Shown piece by piece: positions 52,165 to 62,400 of a stretch of DNA of 64,000 nucleotides. Both the position numbers and the translations under genes were made by a program. Source of the stretch: a virus; IMG/VR virus record IMGVR_UViG_3300042261_001929, positions 13,902 through 77,901 of that record; one strand, 5' to 3'. The notes below the pieces were generated by a model that ran no database searches, was not told the DNA's origin, and saw only the letters and a list, made by a program, of their open reading frames with translations. Position 1 is the stretch's first letter; each line of letters opens with the position of its first letter.

Positions 52165-53715
52165 CTAATCCACTTCCTGAAATGCATCTTTAAATGTCTC
52201 TCTTCCTATGTGCCATTGGCGATTGAATTGATCCGTTAGTATATAATCTCCTTCATACACTAACGAGCTAGTAGATCGCGAAGCAAACGATCCCTTTCCA
52301 TCATAGTAAGGTAACCAAAGAGAATTTGATGGTCCGTTATATTGTGACGCGGTAAATACCAATTCAATTGCTTTGTATTTCGGGATTTTTGTCATACTTC
52401 CACCGTGCAACTATCGCCCCATTTGGTTGTCTTTTTTCCTAATCGGCAATGTCCACTGTGGTCGAAATCGCACATGTCGAGCCAATGCCTACAGGTACCA
52501 CAAACCTCAGACTGAGTTATTGCCTTATATCCTTTTACCATGCTTTTGTGGTTGTCATTATCCCATTTAAGTGTTTTGTTCTCATCGTATAATCCGTATA
52601 ATGCTAAGTATACAGCCCCACCATCTTCCCTGTAGACTCGATCAAATGTATATAGCATAACGATTTTGTCTCTTTCTAGATCAGCTATCCAATGTAGAAC
52701 TTGAAATTCGTTATCAGCATCTAGCCTTTTACACAACGATGGAATGCTTTGTGGTGACTTTTCGATGAGGGAGAGGATGATCTTATCTTTTCCTATCTCG
52801 TCTTTGATTTTGCTACCGAGAAACCCTTTAAACATTCGCCTCTTCCTTCTTTTTTGCTTTCCACTCAGCCATTTCTTTCTCTTCTTCTATCTTATGCTTT
52901 TCAATCAAAACCTTGATCGAGTCCTTGATGTCTTGTGGAATTGCCGCCGTTAATTCGCGAAGGTCGTCACCGCGTTGTGATTCCCAAGAAGTTTCATCAG
53001 TAATACCTGGCCATCCAAAGCAATACCACTCACTCTTATATTTTACTTCCTTAAATCCTACTGCTAGCATTTCCTCAAGTACATAGTCATGAATCTCTTC
53101 ATACGAAACTCCATCGTCATGAACATAAACATCATACTTACCATCTATGATGCCCCTAAAAACCCGTATAATCGCATTAAACACGATTTCTTTGAACTCC
53201 GCACCTGAGTACTCAATCTCATGAAGAACCTCGCTAAAACGGCTATCTTCATAAGATCCATAACCAAACTTATATAAAAACATTTATATTTACCTACCTA
53301 ATATATGTTCCTTTGTATTGAGAAATGCCTCTTTGATTTCTGTAAAGTCGAGGTACCTTACGGCAATTGGTTTATCCTTCTCTACTATGATATTAGTATA
53401 ATACGAAGTCAATTGTCTTCCTGTTAGCTCTGATGCCCTTGTCATATGATCATAAAGAAAGGGTGATACGGCCCCATCCCATTGATCAACGATTACCAAT
53501 TTCGGAGTACATTCGCTGCTAAATATATTACCTTCAAAACTTATTTTCTCCTTTATCTTGAAGTACCAAAAGGCAATTTGATTGCAATTTGAACATATTA
53601 GCACGCCAGAATTGACTCCTTGTATACGCTTTTGGTGATTATCTTGCTCAAATGCAATGTCCTCGGACCCACACCATCCACATTTACACTTAATTACTTC
53701 TTTTGTCATCAGCAA
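52165..53715 (-). CDS. Four hypothetical genes (52165-52410, 52392-52835 wHTH-like, 52828-53283, 53290-53715 Zn-ribbon)
   Basis: Closely packed co-oriented ORFs. Confidence 0.5.
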
Positions 53716-54076
53716 TCATCGGCTTTAGATCCACTATCTTGATTGCGATTAATCCATTTTTATTATCATACTTTGATAAAAAACCATCCAGAAAACCAAT
53801 AACAACTGGATCATCAGCAACCTTCGGAGGTATTATCTTTTCCTTGATATGAATTGGTATATCGCTCCAGCTCTTCACAATAAGATACCCATCTATCTTA
53901 CCCACATATGGATCATATTGATATCCCCTGCGAATTTCCACTGCCCGCCCAACGTCACAACTCTTCTCATTAAATCGCTTTCCATAAGCCCTAAGCTCCC
54001 ATACCTTCTCACCTGACAGGAAAAGCGTATGCCAGATGGTATTTAATGGTAAAAATAGTCTATCCAATTTTTTCAC
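53690..54076 (-). CDS. ASCH/PUA-like domain protein
   Basis: LPL...W..LFLSGEKVWELR. Confidence 0.6.
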   Translation of the reverse strand: MKKLDRLFLPLNTIWHTLFLSGEKVWELRAYGKRFNEKSCDVGRAVEIRRGYQYDPYVGKIDGYLIVKSWSDIPIHIKEKIIPPKVADDPVVIGFLDGFLSKYDNKNGLIAIKIVDLKPMIADDKRSN

Positions 54077-54236
54077 CTTATTATATTTTCGATCGTGTCA
54101 TTATCAAAGTTCTTAAAACCGCAATTGTCACATGTTTTTGCCATGCGTACAAGAGAACACAAAATAGCATATTCAAAGATTTCTATATATGCAATAGATT
54201 GAAAGTGTCCACATTTGGGACACCAATTATTGATTA

Positions 54237-54965
54237 TCATACCACTTTCTCACGTTCCTTTTTTGCCCTGTATTTTCGTTGACCTTCCTCACCACAAATA
54301 ATACCTATCAGGAAGTCCGAGGTTAGGCGCTCAGGATCATCAGCAAGGGCATCGTGATGGATCTTCAGATTAGCACAGACACCATACCTACAATTCTTAA
54401 TCTCATTTATCTTCAACAGTTTTTCGTAGTTTTCTCTCTCTTTCTTCCTATTAGCATCAAGTCTCTCTTTCTCTATGCGCGCAGCCGTCTCGCGTTTCTC
54501 TCTCATTTCTTTTGCCCGCTTTTCTGCCCGTTCTTGCTTCTCTTGGGCCTCTAATATTTTCCTCGCTTTAATTTTTTCATTAGTATAAAACGAGGTTGAA
54601 TCTATAAGCGAGACGGTGAGATTTACTTCCGCTGCTATTCCGGACTTAAATTTTTTTGTGTCACGATCAATCCCACTGTATGTATTTATTCTGAGGGTGC
54701 TTAACTCGCTTGCTCTTAGATTTAGTCTTGATTCAATCATAGCTCGCCTATTGTTACGCATTTCAGTGCTCTCCTCTAACGACAAAGCTCCCATTATATT
54801 AGGGCACTGATCACCCAATTTGAAACAGTATTCACACTTCATATCGTGTCCCATCCACTCAAATTTAGGAACACGATCACCGCATACGGTACAGGTCGGA
54901 GAGTCTGCCTTCTTCCATATCACATTCCTTAAGTCGGATATCATAATGCTATATGTATCCCTCAT
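54237..54965 (-). CDS. Hypothetical zinc-finger/coiled-coil protein
   Basis: CTVC..HDMKC; long charged helix. Confidence 0.55.
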   Translation of the reverse strand: MRDTYSIMISDLRNVIWKKADSPTCTVCGDRVPKFEWMGHDMKCEYCFKLGDQCPNIMGALSLEESTEMRNNRRAMIESRLNLRASELSTLRINTYSGIDRDTKKFKSGIAAEVNLTVSLIDSTSFYTNEKIKARKILEAQEKQERAEKRAKEMREKRETAARIEKERLDANRKKERENYEKLLKINEIKNCRYGVCANLKIHHDALADDPERLTSDFLIGIICGEEGQRKYRAKKEREKVV

Positions 54966-55257
54966 GTTATTTATACGTTTCGCAAGAAATATCGGAAAAG
55001 GATAATTTAAATGTGTGTAATAAAAATATGAAAAGAAGTGGTTTTAATAAAAGATGTAAATAACACAAGCTGTAAATCTGTTTTTAGCAGAACCCACGAG
55101 TCCCTGATCTATGATATTAAACGGCATCTGATCTTACGAGGGCTTATAGCCTATATCACTAGCCATGAATGTATCTACTCATTGGGAATATCCAAAAAAC
55201 ACCATCTACACCCTTTATCCAAACCACGTTATGAGAGGAAAATCCTCTCGATAACCA

Positions 55258-55746
55258 TTATAATTCGGTTTGCCAGTTTAATGCTTGAATCTTAGCATCT
55301 AATGTGGCTTTCTTTGATTCTAGATGCTTTATGTAATCGTCGATACCAAGCTTCTCCCTCAGTCCATCATCAATTGTACTGTCCCGATATCCACCGCGCG
55401 AGGCAGCCACATATTTCATGATTCTGCTTAACTCAATCCTGATGTACTTTATATCTTGCAAGTACCGATCAATTCCACAGACAACGTTTTTCTGATTAAC
55501 TGCGATCTTCATCTTAACAATTTCTTTTGTAAGTACTTCGATTTGATTTGAGATCTCTAGAAATCGGAAAGACTTTTTGTCATTAAATTCTAGCTGGAGT
55601 CTATTGTACTCCTCGATACTCATATCCTTAGCTCCGTATCGAAGTCTATCATCTTCCTCTCTTACAACAGAATCCCTCTTATCCAAGAGTCTTGTAAGCT
55701 CTCCTTCCTTCTGTTTGATAATTGATAATGTCTCAGCCAACTTCAT
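55258..55746 (-). CDS. DIP1984-like coiled-coil protein
   Basis: MKLAETL...LDAKIQALNWQTEL. Confidence 0.7.
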   Translation of the reverse strand: MKLAETLSIIKQKEGELTRLLDKRDSVVREEDDRLRYGAKDMSIEEYNRLQLEFNDKKSFRFLEISNQIEVLTKEIVKMKIAVNQKNVVCGIDRYLQDIKYIRIELSRIMKYVAASRGGYRDSTIDDGLREKLGIDDYIKHLESKKATLDAKIQALNWQTEL

Positions 55747-55771
55747 ATTATTAACCACCTAAAAATTTTTA

Positions 55772-55845
55772 TGGACAGAGGCGGGGGTCGAACCCGCAGC
55801 CTTTACCATGCCAAGGTAACGATCTTCCAATTGATCTACTCGCCC
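55772..55845 (-). tRNA. tRNA-Ala(GGC) with a bulged acceptor stem
   Basis: GGGCGAG/CTCTGTCC-A, G3:U70; TTACC TT GGC AT GGTAA. Confidence 0.85.
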
Positions 55846-56245
55846 TTTTAATTACTCTTTAACAAATCTGCACCTGTTGATGTCAATCAAGTGTTTGGCA
55901 CCCCACTGATCCACAGCAAGCCACATGCCTTTCGTATTTGTATAAACCGATCCCTTGTATTCATATGTGTTTGATTGAATCTCTTCTATGAGGATGTATA
56001 TCGGTTCTATGTCCTTGTATTTTTCTCCAGCTTTTGCCATCAAGTCATCCTTTTTATTGTTCTTCAACCTCTATCTCGTTTACAGAACCATTGAAGCAGT
56101 TTCCAGATACAATCGTTTCCATACAATATAGTGTAACGTACTTAGTATTTAAATGTTTCGTTGAGTCGAATACCACTCACCTCTTAATAATGAATACCTG
56201 CCTACTGACTTAATCAATGGTCCTTTTTGCTTGCAGCCGACTCAT

Positions 56246-56315
56246 ATCGGAATGAGGATTTGAACCTCAGTCTCCCAACCAATGGGCGTCTTTCACCATA
56301 TCGCGACTCTTCCGA
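56246..56315 (-). pseudogene. Degenerate tRNA-like element (possible UGG loop)
   Basis: 6-bp acceptor TCGGAA/TTCCGA, intact T-arm TGAGG TTCAAAT CCTCA, shortened anticodon arm CCCA TTGGT TGGG. Confidence 0.6.
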
Positions 56316-56382
56316 GCTAAATAAATCTATGATATAACCGAATGCATCCTTCACATGATTTCATCTCGCGATGAGTCGCGGA

Positions 56383-57078
56383 TTATATATCTTCTTCATC
56401 TTTCTTACATTCATGCTTAATCCATTGCACGGTTTTGTCGTCTAAGGGAATTTCATCAATGAAATACGTTATTTCTTTTTGAAGTGGAAGATCGACAACG
56501 ATAGCAGCATACCCATCTGAATACCTTATCCTGACATTGTTTCTCTTCCATAACATATCAAGCTCTGGATAATGATTAAAAACGCTTATAACCGCGTCTT
56601 CCATACTATCTTCAATAAAATTTATATTGTCATGACGATTTCCACGCACTTTATATAACATCTAACCACCTGCAACAAATTCCATATCAGGATATTCATG
56701 ATCCAACTTTTTGCTATCCTCTTCATAATACGGACAGTATATTGCAAAATCTTCTACAGTCGGAAGATTAATATCCAGAGAGACATAAATGCGATTTTTA
56801 ATATCTTTCGGTATTACACAAGGGACTTCCTTGTTATTTAGCTTTCCATCATACTCGATTTTGGTATCCTTCGTTATATACTCCCTTATTGTTTTTGCCA
56901 AATCGTAACCAATTAATTCCGAAAACTCATTTTGCATATCCCATGCTGGTTCATGCGTGCAATGTGCTTCTGCCGGTTCCGGTGGCCATCCGGGATCGCC
57001 ATTGCTTAAATAGCTGCATCCAGTATCGCCGGGATCAATTTCTGCAAACTTACAGAAAAAACAAGACTTCTCTATCAT
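56383..57078 (-). CDS. Two hypothetical genes (56383-56661, 56662-57078)
   Basis: Second start moved to ATG 57078 to avoid the tRNA-like element. Confidence 0.5.
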
Positions 57079-57079
57079 A

Positions 57080-57204
57080 AACCGATAACTGGATTTGAAC
57101 CAGCGACTCTCCACTTGCTTTTATAGAGATATTTAAATTTATATCCGGTACCAGACATAAATCCTCATGCCATGTGGGCCTCTACCAGACTGAGGTATAT
57201 CAGT
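57080..57204 (-). ncRNA. tRNA-like RNA with ~50 nt inserted in the anticodon loop
   Basis: Acceptor ACTGATA/TATCGGT, canonical D- and T-arms, CCAC/GTGG stem enclosing a long hairpin. Confidence 0.7.
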
Positions 57205-57209
57205 TTTCA

Positions 57210-57284
57210 TGGTCCCTACGGGATTTGAACCCATGTTGAGAGGTTGAAAGCCTCCTGTGATTAACCGAGCTACACTAAGGGACC
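57210..57284 (-). tRNA. tRNA-Glu(UUC)
   Basis: GGTCCCT/AGGGACC-A; CT TTC AA. Confidence 0.9.
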
Positions 57285-57285
57285 A

Positions 57286-57653
57286 ATTTGCGCGGATCTT
57301 CTTACCCCTTTATTACCGCGCGTTGCCCTGCTGAACTGATCCGAGTTTTTCAAGGGTACAGGACAAATTTCTGTACAGACTCTGAGGTTCTACTTCAGAG
57401 GTGGCTTGTGGGATTCCAGACCACCACTATTCCGATCTCCTGGCATCGATTTCTCGATTTCCGAATCGGTAATCCAAGATTTATTCCTTGTATAGCATGC
57501 ATCAAAGGAGCCAGTTTCATTCGTGTCTGTACGAAAAGCTTGTACAAAGAACGAGATCTGGCGTCTTTAAATTTCCGTGGGAAGCACGGCGTCTTCATCT
57601 CGATTTATTCTCCCTGCCATCAAGGCAGTAAACCAGTTATTCCTTTGTACAAA
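57286..57653 (-). ncRNA. Candidate ~370-nt structured ncRNA
   Basis: No credible CDS; at least six stems; lies between tRNA-Asp and tRNA-Glu. Confidence 0.55.
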
Positions 57654-57725
57654 CGACCTGCCAGGGAATCGAACCCTGCCCCACGGAGTGACAGTCCGAG
57701 ATACTAACCGATATACGAACAGGTC
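57654..57725 (-). tRNA. tRNA-Asp(GUC)
   Basis: GACCTGT/GCAGGTC-G; CT GTC AC. Confidence 0.9.
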
Positions 57726-57736
57726 AAATAAATTTT

Positions 57737-57814
57737 TGGCGGATCTGGCGAGATTTGAACTCGCGATGGCTGGATTAAGAGTCCAGTGATTTATCCTGAC
57801 TAACCAACAGATCC
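57737..57814 (-). tRNA. tRNA-Lys(CUU), CCA encoded
   Basis: GGATCTG/CAGATCC-GCCA; CTGGA CT CTT AA TCCAG. Confidence 0.9.
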
Positions 57815-58442
57815 AATTTTTTCTTTCTTACCACTCAAGATTTATCTACCTTTGAAGTCACTGTGATGGTAGCAGATTCTCTCGCGGCAGCATACCCCAA
57901 TATTTCCTTAACAATACCACTAAATATTTTTGCTTTTACTACATTGGGTACACGCATGCCATTCGTTTGATCGAGCATCTTTCCCGATCTCTCAAACGAA
58001 TCAATGATATCGCTGCCGCTTCTTGTCGATCCCATATCGACTTCAATTGTGTATGAAATCTTCATATAGCAATCACATCCTCAAAGGTTTTTATAGTTTA
58101 GCATTTCATTCATCCAAGCGACCGCTTCTGCGAATGTGTCAAACTTGTATATTTCAGCACCTTCGTTCAGATAGAGATCTACCACATCTCGTAAATTCCT
58201 AGAACAGAACTTAGTCCAAGGAAGCTCGTTGATATCGAGAACAATCATACTATAGGTTATATCTATTAAATCAGCAAACCCACTTGTATATCTTTTGTGC
58301 TTTGTCAGCACTCCGAAATGCCCTTTGTGATACATAAAGACATTTTCATTGTTCTCCAGATTTGATACATCTATAGTCGATCCATTAAGCTTAACTACAG
58401 TTCTCTTCGATATGTATATGCCTCCTATTGTTTCTTTTGAAG

Positions 58443-58516
58443 TGCGCACGATGGGATTCGAACCCACGCACCTTGGTTGGAAGCCAAGGATTCTTACCAG
58501 ACTATACTACGTGCGC
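58443..58516 (-). tRNA. tRNA-Gly(UCC)
   Basis: GCGCACG/CGTGCGC-A; CT TCC AA. Confidence 0.92.
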
Positions 58517-58573
58517 ATGTTTCTTGCCATGCACTACACCATAACAATGTTGATATAAATACTTTTTGGTTCA

Positions 58574-58646
58574 CGGTCTTATTGGGACTTGAACCCAAAA
58601 TAAGAGGTTCGAAGCCTCTCGTGATATCCAATTTCACTATAAGACC
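58574..58646 (-). tRNA. tRNA-Arg(UCG)
   Basis: GGTCTTA/TAAGACC-G; CT TCG AA. Confidence 0.9.
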
Positions 58647-58775
58647 ATATTTATTCGTCAACCGTCACGCCATTTTTCAAAGACTGATAGATTGCATATC
58701 TCTGAAAAAGGTTAGCAATCACGCGACATATTGTTATCTCGCACTTACCGAACTCGACCTCAATTGTATTCATAA

Positions 58776-58848
58776 TGCGTCCGAGGAGATTTGAACTCCT
58801 GTCCCTACCTTGGCAAGGTAATATCCTAAACCACTAGATGACGAACGC
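58776..58848 (-). tRNA. tRNA-Gly(GCC)
   Basis: GCGTTCG/CGGACGC-A; TT GCC AA. Confidence 0.9.
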
Positions 58849-59198
58849 AACCCCCGATATTTATATTCACCGCATCGTCGTGAGGGAAGTGACGGTGATA
58901 GTTGTTGGTTTTCTGGAACACCACTGTATCGCATTTTTCGTCTATCCCGGATACCACAGCGTCCTGTGGCATACACCATTCTTCCAGATGTATGTCTGGT
59001 TTCTTCCATCGAGACTTATGGTAGCAAACTATCAAGTTTGCATCATCGAATGTTCCACCAACGGGCGGAAACCCATCTGCTATCACAGATAGTGGCTGAT
59101 AACCTCTCACAAGCAAGGCGCTTTTCATGCGCGAATCTTGTATCCTACTTTACCAAAAAACTCTGAACCACTGACATTATTTTTGGTTACTGAGGTTA

Positions 59199-59271
59199 CG
59201 ACTCCGGGAGGGCTCGAACCACCACACTTCGCGTTAACAGCGCGACGCTTCACCAATTAAGCTACGGAGTC
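59199..59271 (-). tRNA. tRNA-Asn(GUU)
   Basis: GACTCCG/CGGAGTC-G; TCGCG CT GTT AA CGCGA. Confidence 0.9.
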
Positions 59272-59405
59272 TCATTCCTTTTTGCTATAATGATCCCAAG
59301 AATATCAAGGTCAACATTATCAATATAAACGCGAACGCAGCAATCCCAATTATGTTACTTTCGGTCTCTATAGACACTATTTACCACATCCTATCGATCA
59401 CTGAA

Positions 59406-59480
59406 TCTGTGCTGCCGGATTTGAACCGACGATTTTCGCGGTCTACAGCCGCGTGCGATTGACCTCTCTGCCAAGCACAG
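59406..59480 (-). tRNA. tRNA-Tyr(GUA), archaeal type
   Basis: C1:G72, short variable loop; CGCGG CT GTA GA CCGCG. Confidence 0.9.
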
Positions 59481-59673
59481 CCAAATTAAATTATTCCCTT
59501 ACTCATTAACTCTTTTTCAGCAACTTCTTTCGCTTCTTCATATGTTCTGGCGATATCCTCAACACCATTTCGATCTTCCCAGATCTCATCTGCCCTCATT
59601 TTTATAAGAGCCTTCCTCATCTTATATTCCTGTTCCCATCCCACAATTATCACCTTTAAAAGGTTGATTCAAT

Positions 59674-60180
59674 TTAACTGGATTTTGTGTAAGGTTTTGC
59701 CTTCGATTGGACGAAACTTGACCTGCCCATATTCATTACACGCTCATCATGTTCACGTCTTTCGCAGTCACACATGAACGTAACATTGACTTTCTTTTCT
59801 GCCGAATATTGTCTCATATAACAAGACTCTATGGTGTATGCTACCCTTTGAGTATTGCATTTTTGGCATGTATCGATGATCTTAAGGGCGTCTTTCCCTA
59901 TCTCGGTGATACTGTAGTATTCTCCTTTATTAAGGTTAATCCATCCAGCATTGGACAGGACTTTAAGCACGCTTTTTCTATGTGAGCTAGGCATGTCATA
60001 CAATGACCCATTTGGCCTTCTCATGCCCCAACCCGGACCAAATCCAATTTCGCCACCTTCACCTTCAGAGATCGGGCCAAGGAAAGCAACGTCCCTCAAT
60101 ACTCTAACACCGCGAGCCTGTACTGTCTTTTTACTATTAATTACCGATAGCACATCATTCACTTGCATACAACCATACAC
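59674..60180 (-). CDS. Hypothetical protein (wHTH-like plus CxxC)
   Basis: LSNAGWI..YSITEIGKDAL; CQKC..CDC; upstream TATA. Confidence 0.55.
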   Translation of the reverse strand: MYGCMQVNDVLSVINSKKTVQARGVRVLRDVAFLGPISEGEGGEIGFGPGWGMRRPNGSLYDMPSSHRKSVLKVLSNAGWINLNKGEYYSITEIGKDALKIIDTCQKCNTQRVAYTIESCYMRQYSAEKKVNVTFMCDCERREHDERVMNMGRSSFVQSKAKPYTKSS

Positions 60181-60234
60181 GCTTCAATGCTATATAAGCA
60201 TTTCGGTGATTATTTTGCAATGATTTTATTTAAA

Positions 60235-60309
60235 TGGGGTTGGTCGGATTTGAACCGACGACCTAACGGCTCCAGACCGCCAATGCTGACCAGGCTACAC
60301 TACAACCCC
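60235..60309 (-). tRNA. tRNA-Pro(UGG); C33, A37
   Basis: GGGGTTG/CAACCCC-A; GGCGG TC TGG AG CCGTT. Confidence 0.85.
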
Positions 60310-60656
60310 GAAACACATTTGAGCTTTGGACACTCACATTTTTTAACTACATATCCACATGCGAAACATGCAGATTCAATTTCTGAAGATATATATTGTT
60401 CCATCATTGCCCCACATTTCGGACACTCAGGATGATAACCACCACTCATTTTGATCCTCTTAATAAGAAATTTACCCACATATCCACATAATCAGGATGT
60501 GCTTTTTTCCAGTCATCGATACATCTTACATGCATCATATGCCCCCGCACCTTTTTATATCCAGATCTTCCAAGAGGGAGACCGCAATGCGAACACTCTC
60601 TTACCATGTAATAAGGAAATCTCTTATAGTATAAATACCTTTTCCTTTGTATTTTG

Positions 60657-60805
60657 TGTAACCGTTACTTAGTGAATCGCGACGGTCACAGCGCGCGATC
60701 GTGGTGAAGAATTCGCTGGACACGACCCCAGCACTCTTCTCGATTTTCAGCTTCCAGAACGTGGTACGACTTAATCTTACAGGTGATCAATCTGCTCAAA
60801 GTCGG
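60657..60805 (-). ncRNA. Candidate structured ncRNA ending in a pseudoknot
   Basis: CGACTT/AAGTCG, GCTGG/CCAGC and ATCGCG/CGCGAT stems; loop GTGACCGT pairs with downstream ACGGTTAC. Confidence 0.55.
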
Positions 60806-60862
60806 TTTTCTCTAAATATATACAAATACCAATATTCTTTGGCTTTGGCAACCTTGGGCCAA

Positions 60863-60936
60863 TGGACAGAGGTGGGATTCGAACCCACTGCCTTCCGATT
60901 GCGGATCGGACGCTCTACCAGATGAGCTACACGCCC
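60863..60936 (-). tRNA. tRNA-Ala(CGC); C33, bulged acceptor stem
   Basis: GGGCGTG/CTCTGTCC-A; TCCGA TC CGC AA TCGGA. Confidence 0.82.
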
Positions 60937-61299
60937 TCTAAATATTTTGCTGGAAAAAACCAGCATCATTAAAGTAGTGCAATTGAAGCTACTATTGTCG
61001 GAATTAAACAAATTAGTGCCAACAGACGGAGTTCTGTATCAATACGACTTTCTCCGATCTTCTTCATAGGCATCAATGGCTTATCAAACCAATATTGTTT
61101 CTCTACATGTTTTGCCTGCTCAGCAAGTTCTGCACGGAAGATCGACATAGCCTCATCATCGGTACAGTCAATCCTCATAGGTGCTGGATCTTCAGGTGTA
61201 TACAGGTTTTTGTCTGCCCAATTCTTTATATCACCGAACATAAATTCCGCTCCATATATCGATTTTTTTATCCACCCCAAGTTAGGTTAGCTGTGGATA

Positions 61300-61375
61300 T
61301 GGACCCATCGGGACTCGAACCCGAAGCCTCCGCCTTGCAAAGGCGGCGTTCTATCCAGTTGTTCACTATAGGCCC
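61300..61375 (-). tRNA. tRNA-Ala(UGC)
   Basis: GGGCCTA/TGGGTCC-A, G3:U70; TT TGC AA. Confidence 0.88.
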
Positions 61376-61407
61376 AAACTATTAATTTTTCTGAGAGTAA
61401 CTAACTC

Positions 61408-62255
61408 TCAGAGTGCTTCTCCTTCCCATGATATGAGCTGACGACCACCGGTATAATATCCGCTATAAACTTCCCTCTCTTTGAAGACTTTGATAGAGCG
61501 AGCACCATCAAGTTCTATCTTCACGATAGGAGAATCTGGGAAGTCATACTTTTTGAATCCATGACGCATCAGTTCTATTTCGATTCCCATCAAGGCAACA
61601 TCCATTATTCATCCCTCATACCACATGTCCTACATCGAAACTATTTAAACCTTTCTAACGAACTTTAATTTTTTATAGGAGTTCTTACAATCCCTCTTGT
61701 TGTCTGTATCTAAACAAGTCTCTTAGATCTACGGTTTTAGCATATCCAACAATAGCTTCCACCCAATCCTCAAAACTGTTAACTGTTTTGTCGAAGTATG
61801 TGGCACCGTACCATCTATACGTATCATGACCTTCGAATGGAAACCAAGAGCTTGCGGTATCATCCCCTTTGCATCCTTGAATGAACTCCATATTGACGGA
61901 ATTTATTACAATCCATGCTCGGAAGTCCCATCCTATGACATCCGTATCCACTTCACAAACATCAACCGTTACTTCCTTTATTGCCCCGCGTGGCATTTCT
62001 AATTTAACGGTATAAGTAGACTCATTCATGATACAATCATCCTCCAAACTACTGCTTTCTATCAACGAACACTGTTGTAATTTTCCGCTTTGTTTGTACA
62101 ACAACATCGCCAGTGTATCCGCGCAATGTGATTTTTACCGATGCCTTTCCGCACCGCTTTATTCCCAATACTTCGCGCGAACATGCATGAAAGGGAGGCT
62201 CTTCATACAGAAAGTCTCCGACTTTCACATTTGTAGCCGTAGTTTTAATCGACAT
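61408..62255 (-). CDS. Small hypothetical genes (61408-61605, 61685-62029, 62049-62255)
   Basis: Similar promoters (GAAAGGTTTAAATAG near 61645, AAAGGATTAAATAG near 62280) precede the first and third ORFs. Confidence 0.5.
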
Positions 62256-62297
62256 ATCAAGTACTATACATTGAAACTATTTAATCCTTTTGGTTCA

Positions 62298-62371
62298 TGG
62301 AGCGGGCCAGATTTGAACTGGCGACAATCCGATCTTCAGTCGGACGAACTCCCAAGCTGTTCTACCGCTCC
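62298..62371 (-). tRNA. tRNA-Phe(GAA)
   Basis: GGAGCGG/CCGCTCC-A; TCCGA CT GAA GA TCGGA. Confidence 0.92.
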
Positions 62372-62400
62372 CCATCATTATATATTTCTACGTAAATTTT

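Noticed and set aside
57286-57653. RNase P RNA, SRP RNA or tmRNA
   Set aside because: I found no GAGGAAAGUCC/P4 signature, SRP helix-8 motif, or tRNA-like ends with a tag ORF.
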